From positions 33,108,001-33,172,000 of the forward strand of contig CM022671.1 in NCBI GenBank assembly GCA_012295275.1: a DNA stretch of 64,000 bases, in the 5' to 3' direction. This DNA is from Chrysomallon squamiferum (taxonomy: Eukaryota; Animalia; Mollusca). The notes beneath the pieces are model-generated. The model made no database searches. It saw only the letters and a list, made by a program, of their open reading frames with translations, and had not been told where the DNA came from. The first letter of the stretch is position 1. Each line of letters opens with the position of its first letter. Positions 54,901 to 64,000 of the stretch are shown piece after piece. A program made the translations under genes and the position numbers.

Positions 54901-55807
54901 ATTTGTGGCTTTTAAACACAACCACAGTATTATATTAGTGTATGTGTGTGTGCGTACGTGTGTGTGTGTGTGTGTTCCGTTTTTTATTTATTTTAATTAT
55001 AATTTTATTAGGAATACAAATGTAAATTAAAATAACAACTGTTTTGTATATTGTTTGTCACTGTTCTAGTAGCGGTAATTATAGTAATGATATTTCTGAC
55101 GTATTTACCATTTTCGGATTTGTATGGTACAATAGTGTTTTAGTATATTGGTTGGTTTCACTTTGTTTTTCTTTCTTTTTTTCTGTTCTTTATTTTTTAT
55201 ATTATTTATTTATTATTAATTTTTACTGCAATCTATATCTATAATTTTGTAAGTAATAGTTCATTTTTAACTTACTTTTTTCTTTTTTCTTTATTTTAAT
55301 ATATTAAGCAATAATATGCTTTAAATATAATAAAAGATCCTCAGATTACATAAGCAACCAACTCCCGCCTTATTAATGCGTTTTGTTATTCATGAATATT
55401 CTAGAACATTTTCCTTATTTATTTATTTATTTTTATGAAAATTGATATTAATGAAACATAAATTTTAAACTGATATATGCATAGGGTTCTGTCTGCTCAC
55501 TACTGTCTCAGTTACAAGGTTGTTATAAAATACAACCAATCAAGAATCGCGGATTAAAGGATATAATCAAAACAATAGCATGCACTTCTTTATAGACGGA
55601 TGGAGAGAGAAAATAATCTATCTAAACAAGTTGACGCCAAGGACCTAATATTTGCTCGGTTTACTTTTTAGAGGTCATATTTTAGGCAACTTTAAATTAT
55701 TTTCTTTGGTTTGCAATGTTTTGTTTGATTACATATGTTTAGGTGCAAAAATAAACAAAAAATATTTTTAATTCGTTTTTTGGCTTCTTAACTTTTCTTT
55801 TATTATA

Positions 55808-55841
<34 letters not shown>

Positions 55842-56628
55842 TGTGTGTGTCATAACATATTGACTTTTGTTATGGCGATGTCCGATATTTGCTGAACTAA
55901 TCTGAAACGGAAGCGTTGATAAAAATCGGAGGATTCCAATATTATTATTATTTATTTAATTTTTTTCGCATATTCTTTTCTGTTTTCTTTTTTAATGGTT
56001 TTTTTTTAAAAATATATTTGTAAATCTGATTTGATTTTGACCAAATATTTAATGTATTTTAATGTTAACGATAATCTGTGACGCCTTAACTTAACCTATC
56101 CGCATCTCTATTTGGAAAAAAAATAAAAAAATAAAAAAATAGAAAAAATAAAAATAAATAAATTCTACTACTGTTACTACTACTACTAATAATAATAATA
56201 AATAAATAAATAAACAAACAAAAAATAAAAATTAAATAAAAAAAAAGATACAACAAGTACAAATAAATACTTTTGTTACCTATATTTAATACTTTATATT
56301 TAAATTGAAGAAAACGTATGGTCGGATTTAAGATTAGACTCACCTACGAACGCACGCACATGTTTATAATTTCTGTTTTGCCTGTTTTGCTGTGAATCAT
56401 AATTATACTGCTCTGGCTTAATCACGTCTGTTCGTATGTAAACGCTACTAAAGCGCCGCGGAAATATTTTGGTCTCGCGAATCGTGTTCTTTGATGTTTT
56501 GTTTTAATATTAATTAAAAAAGTAATCAAGGAATTTGATGCAATATTATTAATTTAGTTGATACCTTTTTTATCCCTTACAAAATGAATACAGTTTTAGA
56601 AATTTAAATATCGAGAACATTGTTTGTA

Positions 56629-56659
<31 letters not shown>

Positions 56660-58933
56660 CATACATACACACACACAGTGGACTCTCAGAACCGGATTCA
56701 CTTGGGACCATCGAGATAGGCCGTTTTTGACAGAGGGCCGCTTTATAAAAATTAAAATAACATAAAATTGGAATATGTTTTATTACAAAATTTACAGTTA
56801 AACGTCTATCAAGTGTCAACGGATAAACAATATGTTACTGGCATTTTTTTGTTTTCTTTTCGTATTTCTCTCCAACGCAAACTCCACTGTCATGTCCTCC
56901 ATGATTAACATCGGTTGCAAACGTCTGCTTTCGGTAGCAGCAACAGTTTTATCTTGTTTTAACATTTTTAAGAACGTCAGTGTATGAAACTGTGTATGTA
57001 TCGCCAATCCATTCAGATTTTTTAATTTGTCGGTCGTTGCTCGTTTTCTCTCTGCCGAAATGTTGGTTTCGTACGCTAGTCAGTAATGGTCACTACGTTT
57101 TAAATTGCATAACTAAATCTTTCTGTTTACACAGTGCATTTGATGAAAACTATTATATTAATTTTACTTTAATCTGCATTGACGCTGCCGTTTTTTTTAA
57201 ACAGCTCCGCCATTACGACGAATTCTGTAAGAAACTAAAAGAGTGAATTCACTAGCTATCAGTACACATTAATAATAATCTTGTTCATCTAGCTGCATAC
57301 GGTAAATACACATATAGGATAGAGTTGGGTAAAAGGCGCCCTTGGGGTAAAAAGCCCACTTGCTTTGTCGCAATGTTTGCATAAGGACTGAAACCAGAAG
57401 CTACGTCATAAGATTCGACTGATATTCCTCTTATAACTCGAGGCTTTACCTTGAACATATGTAAGTATTTTATGAAATTTCCTAGTTTTGATAAATTCTT
57501 ATAAGATTTTGCAATTATTAGTATTCAGGTTTTAGGTTAAAGAATGAACATATATTGATAAACTAACTATGGCGAAGTTATGAAGGGATCTATTGGTTTT
57601 ATATTTAGAATTGTTTCACTGGAATGAACTTTTGCGAAAAGAATTCAAAATGGCTTCCTCTTAGTTTAAGAGGCCCCCACCATCTTGGGGATAAAACGCT
57701 CCAGGAGGGCCATTTAACGCAATATAATAGTCTTTTAATCATATTTGTATGGATATTGTTTTAGTATTTTTCTTTTGTTTGTGCACAATAAGAAAGCCAT
57801 TAGAAAAAATAGGCCTAGATAAGTGTATGTATGGACTTACCTAATATTTTGTTTTGCACATTTATATTTTAAAATTCAACAAGAATGTAGGTTAACATTA
57901 AATTAGAAGAGAAAGTAATGGAGTGCCTGTCACGGTCTGACATGCAGAACAAAAGTATTTTGGTTTAAACCAGTCAGTGATTTTGGCCTTTAAACTATAG
58001 CATCTTTATGGATGAAAACTTCATAGCTGCACAGTTAACCGATAAGCCAGAACCACAGCCACAACAACTAAAAGGAACAGATTCAAATCCGCAACGAGAT
58101 AGGCAAGAATCAACATCTGTTGAAACTGCAGCTGTATCCTCATCTGCCATCTCAACTGTCACCTCAGACTTGGCTGAGTTATGCCAGCCTGTCAAGGTAG
58201 TAAAACGTACTGGAAAACGTAAAAGAGAAAAGGCGGAAAAAAAGGCCATCTTCACCATATACAAAATTTAGAAGGAAAGGAAAATGTCAAAGCAAAGGAA
58301 AGAATAAAAGCAAGATCAAATTTTCTATTGAAGACCAAAGTTCTGGTAAGCAAGTCTGGTCTTGTTTAGTATGTGGTAAACCTTTTAGTAACAGCAAACC
58401 CAGAGAAAACTGGATCCAGTGTTTGACTTATCACGAAGCATGTACAACAGGAGAATACTTTTGTCAAGTTACTTTTGTCAAATCTGTGACTCTGATGAAG
58501 ATGAAGACGAGTAACTAAGAAGTTTATGACTTTACCTGGACGTGTTTAACTTCCCTGATTCATTGTTATTTGAAGTGTTATTTTATATCTTACTACATCT
58601 ATAACTGAATAATTAAGTTTTCATATAACTTGTAGTTTGCAATAACAAGTTGATAGTTCATACATTATAGTTGTACATGGGGTAAAAGTTCCCATCGTAG
58701 GCCTTTTGTCCCAGCTTTGGGGTAAAAGGCCTCATTACTAGATATTATTCTTTAATAAATATGAGTCTTTTATTATTTTGTTTTAATATGACAAATATAC
58801 AAATTCGATGCCTCTTTGTATAAATTATATTTATTGCTCAAAACGGTGAAAAGCTGCTGAATGTGGTATGAAATAATAATATCAATTTCGATATGAGGCA
58901 TATGCCTCATTTGCCTCAGTGTAGTTACGCCAA

Positions 58934-58984
<51 letters not shown>

Positions 58985-59123
58985 ATTTTAAGAGAATGAA
59001 ACGTGAAAATCACTTGAGGTGAACAAAACGTTTATGCTATATTCGCTCTTTCTTTCTTTCTTTATTATTGCTGTACCCAGAGTATAATTTAGATTTTCTC
59101 TTTTTAGTGACTGATAGACAAAC

Positions 59124-59170
<47 letters not shown>

Positions 59171-59710
59171 GGTAGAGAGATTGATGAATGGAGAGACAAC
59201 CATTTTTTTATTATTTATTTTATGCAGACATAATTTTAAGTAAATATGTATTAAAATTAGTAAACAAGTTAAATAATTAATAACTAAGAAATAATAATGA
59301 ATAGAATGAAGATAATGATTGTGCATGGAGTTTTGAATGCGAAATTATAAAGAATTGCTAACAGAAAATGTCTAAATGATGTTCTCCCGATCTTGGCACG
59401 TGTGTGAGTGTATGTGTTAAAATTCTCCTTCCTAAAAGCATAAATTACATAGCAATCATATATAATAATGTCAAAACAGAATTTATTTATATAATATTCG
59501 AAAACAAAGTAGGACGTTGGTATTTATTTTAATGGAATAGCTCAAAATTAATATTTTATTCGCATAAATGTATTTTTTAATTACACCTATTAATTTTTTC
59601 TTTAATATAACAATGTTTTTTGTGCTTTGAGGCAACTAAATAAAAACAGTCGTTACGTTACCTTGAGTGTAGAACACACTAACAAGAATGATAAAAACAC
59701 CGAACTCCAT
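43798..59710 (-). CDS. von Willebrand factor D and EGF domain-containing (VWDE-like) protein, putatively GPI-anchored, 962 aa
   Basis: 18 GT-AG exons 59710-59662, 54837-54643, 53109-52957, 52687-52673, 51866-51622, 51351-51265, 51073-50729, 50094-50009, 49309-49246, 48744-48559, 47876-47683, 47039-46760, 46422-46270, 45888-45708, 45344-45154, 44888-44622, 44328-44205 and 43871-43798 total 2889 nt in one open frame. Motifs: signal peptide; D8C-like [64 protein letters not shown]; IPT-like VSVSNNG; hydrophobic C-terminus. Confidence 0.92.
53515..54018. mobile_element. MITE with iterated GGACAAAA/TTTGTCC subterminal motifs
   Basis: Left end GACATAAATCCCCCAGACAAAAAAGCCCAGTGAAAAA..TAGGACAAAA is mirrored by right end TGTCCTAC..TTTTTTCACTGGGTGGCTTTTGTCC..TTATGTCCTAC. 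Confidence 0.65.
56674..57300 (-). mobile_element. Possible Tigger-type element 3' fragment
   Basis: Begins CAGTGGACTCTC (Tc1/Tigger-like terminus) after a TACA microsatellite, has decayed coding-like composition and is absent from copy A. Confidence 0.35.
57317..58745 (+). mobile_element. Decayed pogo/Fot1-like transposon with C-terminal PHD-type finger
   Basis: Repeated GGGGTAAAAG(G/C)C subterminal motifs occur at both ends. Remnant peptides are IFMDENFIAAQLTDKPE...KRTGKRKREK and WSCLVCGKPFSNSKPRENWIQC..HEACT..CQICDSDEDED. Absent from copy A. Confidence 0.65.
58890..58934 (-). mobile_element. hAT-type terminal fragment
   Basis: The reverse complement CATTGGCGTAACTACACTGAGGCAAATGAGGCATATGCCTCAT resembles CAGTGGCGTA-type hAT/MITE termini. 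Confidence 0.35.
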
Positions 59711-60129
59711 TGACGGATAAGTTCAGTATCTTCTTTCAGTATGTATGTGATTGTATACGTCTCTTATAAGTGACGCTCACATAAAACATCCTGGTTACCT
59801 TTTCCAATCATGTGATTTTATCAGCCCTTCAACAGATCCTAGTTACCACCTTTGTTTTCTTTGGTGGTATAAACTGTTTTCAAAATGAGATTGTGTTCCT
59901 GAAGTCAGATTATATAAAACGAACCACGAATGGTTGGAAAATATTCCCATACCAAAACAAGTTTTCTCCTTCAGGCAAAAGAATGATTTTTTTATTTTAT
60001 CATCATAATCATCATTATTAGGTGTCAGTTATGATTTTAATATAATGATTTTTCAGAGAGGAAACCAATCTTTCATTTGTCTATTCATATCGATTTATAT
60101 CAAGAATCTTTTATAAGCACCATACCAGT

Positions 60130-60221
<92 letters not shown>

Positions 60222-60609
60222 GATATATATGTATCAGCATCATAACGTAAACTACGTTAATTAATTAGATGAAAAAGAAAGGGAAATACCTGTTTTATTT
60301 ATTATAGAAACCACCGTGGAATAATCTCACTCTAGATGAGACATTTACTAATGAAATACTTTGATGAAATACAGTTGACGAGTTTTATTTATTTATTTAT
60401 TTATTATTATTAGTTGTAGTAGTAGTAGTAGTATTACTTTACCGTAATTCAATAAAGCCAAAAACAATAAAGTAAAAATAATATATATATATTGTGTTTG
60501 TTTGTGTATGTGTGTGGTATGTATGTATGTATGTAAGTGTGTGGTATGTACGTATGTATGTATGTATGTATGTATGTATGTACACAACAATAATCATATT
60601 AAAATACAA

Positions 60610-60935
60610 ATATCGGAAACTGTATACTTTAAGTGTCGTCTTCGATCAGCTTATTTACATAGTCGCTGACTGAATTTGTATCTTTTATGTGATATTTTCA
60701 GTAAATTTATTTGGTCATTGACTGAAATTGATTACTTTATGTAATATTTTAATTAAAATTATTTAGTCAGGGTCATATTTTGATTAGTGTTTGTGACATT
60801 TTCAGTATATTTTTAAAATCATTAACTGAAACTCAGTGTATAGTATACAGAAGTCATACTTAGTCACTGACTGAAAATATTAGAATCAGTTTAAACTGTA
60901 TACTGGCTGAAACTGTATACTGCATTTTCTTCGGT
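60610..60935. mobile_element. MITE-like element with iterated (TG)ACTGAAA / ACTGTATAC motifs
   Basis: Multiple ACTGACTGAA and AACTGTATACT copies occur in both orientations, ending TTTTCTTCGGTG (CACCGAAGAAAA terminus). Absent from copy A. Confidence 0.45.
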
Positions 60936-62167
60936 GATTAGTTTACTTAGTAACTGAATGAAAGATGCAAACAAAACTATGAGAGACATAGTAATGTTAA
61001 TAAGTAACAGGTTTATAAAATAGAATAGATTGTTAGAAACAATGTTTTCTTATGCTGTTATTTTTCTTTCTTTTTTGGAACAAAAAAAACCCCAAATCTT
61101 AGTTAATTAAGACATTCACCCTGCATATTTCATTCCCATCTAATATAAATTAATTCACCAGGTTAAGAAGCACTTATAACACGTTATAATATTAATGGTT
61201 ACTGGATGTAAAATATTTACGTTATGTATCATGGTGATATGAAAATATGTAAAAAATAAATAAAGATTCTGACTACGGCCACTTCAAGAATAACTCTTTG
61301 TAAATAAATTATTTATCTGTAATATTGAAAGCAAGTTAAGTAGATGTGTATTATTATACAAGCTATATTTATATGTATATAAATTATTACATGGATCTTT
61401 CCACAGTCAGAAATGGTACACATTATAATATTTGCCTTAGGGATAACCATGTTATCTAATTATGTGCAGCTCATCTAACCAATCAACTCATTCTACAGAG
61501 TTAGTGAAAAAGTACTTATATTGCTACCTTCCATATATGAGTTTTAAATACAAAAGTATCATTGTTGAGAATTGTTCTTGCTGTGTTGTGTTTCAGTCTA
61601 TCACATTAACTAATGAAATGTCATCAAATCCACATTTCAAGTTAATGCATAATCAATAAAAAATGCAGGGTCAGATAATTGGACACGAGTATTTATAGAA
61701 GAAGGATAATGATATAATAACTCATTCTATCTATCTAATTTGTTTTTATTTTAAAGTTCGTAACTTCTGAATTAGTATGTGTAGGGGAGTGTCTGTGCGT
61801 GTTTGCTGCTATATAAATAGCATTAATAATATGAACAAACAGGCAGATACAGGCACATAGGCACATTGTACTTGACCCTTTGTATTAAACAACTCTACAA
61901 TTTCCTGGTTGTCAGTTTCAGATTACTAGGCAAACACAAGGAGCTTTATATTGACTGTTTTTCAATGAAAAAGGAAGGTAACGTGTCAGAATTTGATCGA
62001 TGAATTTACTCGTCGCTATGGAGTTGTTTAATTTTAGATTATATAATTTGAAAACTGGATCCATGCAGTTTTTTAATATTTTTTTATTTTTATATATTTT
62101 AATTTTTTTTATTAGCGACAGTGAGGAACAGATATTATTGAAGTAAGATTCGGGATTTCATCCGTCC

Positions 62168-63809
62168 ATGGCGTTCCCAGTTTTTATCTTCTTTCTTGTT
62201 AGCATCGTCTTCACTGAAGGTAATGTAGCTAACATCTTTATTTACGTTTTTCAAAACACAGATCCAGTCATTATTTATGTTTTATGAAAGGTAATGTACA
62301 TAATTTATTTTGAAATAAGATATAAATATATTAATTTTATCTATACCTAATATTGTTGTTTTGTTTGCTTTTAACTATGCATTCAATTATTATTTATGAC
62401 TATGTCAAAGAATATGTATCTAATAATGTGCTTTTATTTATTTATTTATTTATGTGGTTTATTTTGACATATTTATATATTCAATAACCTTCACTGAAGG
62501 TAACGTAGCTAACATTTGTTATTTTTGTTGTTATTGTTATTGTTGTTGTTGTTGTTATTGTTATTGTTATTAATTAATTAATTTATTTATTTATTTAACT
62601 TTTTCTTTTTTGTTTTCTTAAGTTTACTCTTCTTTATGATTTTATGTTACGTAAAGGTTAATTTGTTATGTAATACTGTTTTTGTCTGTGCTTTCTATTT
62701 ATTAATATTTAAAGACTTATTAAATTCGTTATGATTTCATCGTTTTTTCGTATCTTTGTTTTTTGGGTTTTTTTCCCATAAAGATATATTTAAAGCTGCA
62801 GTTGATACTTATATGACTGTTTCTTATAATTTTGCTTACAGTTGTTATTTAAAAAATATACTCTTGAGACAAAGTGATGTTAATTTAATCATTTACTGTA
62901 GGAGATCCCTGCGAGGACTACACTAAGTTTCCCAACGAAGAAAGACGGGATACAAATTACCCCCTCAGAACTGACCAGTCTCGCTTTTCTGACAGATACT
63001 TGGACGAAACATGGTATGGAAGTAAATTAAACATTACCTCAGTAATGCCTCCACGTTTTGTGTGTGGTACCTATTTTCCTATCTGGGCAAAAGAAGGTAA
63101 GCAGATTGACACTAACACCGTTAATAATTATTCAGTAGCATTAAAAGTTCCGATATTAAATAATAAAAAAAAAAAAATAATAATAATAATAAATATAATT
63201 ATAATAAAATAAAAAAATTTAAATTAAATCAAAAAAAATATTTTAGCCAAAATTCGTTAGAGGTCATATATCCATTATCCAAAATTTAAAAATTCGATAA
63301 TCAATTTGTTAATTTATTAATTTATTATAATTTCTTTATTAGTATATGCATTTTATAAAATATCAGTTTCAAACATTCATACATACATACATACATCCTC
63401 CTCCTTACATAGATACAAAAGGGATACAAAAACACACGCACAAACAAACACACATACACATTCATTCATACATACATGCATATATACATAAACACATACA
63501 ACCCCCCCAAAAATAAAACAATAATAATAATAAATAAATAAAACACAAAAAAAGCAAATTAATACGCACATATTTACATACAAGTAACCACAGCCATAAA
63601 CGCAAAATGATTTCGTACAAAAGAAAAATGACAGCCGTTTCCTTACTCAGTTTCAGATGTAACCAACGATGATGGAACAGTGGACGTAACAATGTGTATA
63701 CATGTTTTAGAAAACTGTTCTTCGTCGTTTGTGGTGAAAGCAAAATACTGCGACTCTCACGTTGTTTATTTTCTCACAAGAACACCCCTTGATTCTGTCT
63801 ACTGTCTCG
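62168..63809 (+). CDS. Short VWDE-paralog copy 2 (first three exons; continues past window)
   Basis: Exons 62168-62219, 62902-63096 and 63657-63809 are nearly identical to 32659-34281 (3 differences in 195 nt and 2 in 153 nt). Confidence 0.88.
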
Positions 63810-64000
63810 GTAAGAGATTAAGTAAATGTAAATATGCTCGTCACAGGAATAGAGACACAAATAGTCAGATAGATACATTAACAGAGAGATAAACAGAGAG
63901 AAATATAGATTGATAAATTGAAAGAAAGATATACGGATATATTTCAAATTACTTATTGTTAATATTATTATTATATTAAACGTTTCTGTTTTGTTAACTT

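Larger units (their letters stand above)
42078..64000. repeat. Segmental duplication unit B (runs off window end)
   Basis: Colinear with 12519-34450. Confidence 0.92.

Noticed and set aside
1182-63743. Most ORF-track entries with poly-ER, poly-HT, poly-CV, poly-I/L/N/M tracts
   Set aside because: They are translations of microsatellites or AT-rich intron sequence, or antisense shadows of real exons (e.g. 1475-1822, 22031-22225, 41176-41524, 45155-45412).
12519-64000. Duplication as an uncollapsed-haplotype assembly artefact
   Set aside because: The copies differ by many substitutions, independent TE insertions and multiple disabling lesions, and the junction SMC1 fragment has itself decayed, which needs time. 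Read depth would be the final test.
1-64000. tRNA, rRNA or snRNA genes
   Set aside because: No convincing cloverleaf or conserved RNA motif was seen by eye; tRNAscan-SE or Infernal would be needed to exclude them.

Overview
AT-rich, microsatellite-laden metazoan genomic DNA with spliceosomal introns; probably a mollusc (a SINE remnant resembles one I recall from peltospirid gastropods, unverified). From left to right: a C2H2 zinc-finger gene (-, truncated by the window edge) head-to-head with an intact 6-exon AIP gene (+, 330 aa), then a convergent, intact 6-exon Rab35-derived gene (-, 200 aa) in which every GTP-binding motif is substituted (candidate pseudo-GTPase). The rest is a ~29.5-kb tandem segmental duplication (12.5 kb onward vs 42.1 kb onward). 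Each unit carries a divergently transcribed pair: a long 18-exon VWDE-like gene (signal peptide, UMOD/GP2 D8C-like, Ig-like, VWD, EGF, IPT-like, Cys-rich, GPI-like tail) and a short paralog made only of exons 1-6 plus 17-18. The left long copy is a pseudogene (exon 2 inverted, stops, frameshifts) and the right long copy is intact (962 aa). The junction joins decayed SMC1 exons to an orphan Rab exon 1. Many DNA-transposon remnants (Tigger/pogo, THAP+SWIM ISL2EU-like, MITEs) are present. Gene models were built by hand from splice sites and reading frame; family calls rest on recalled motifs, not database searches.
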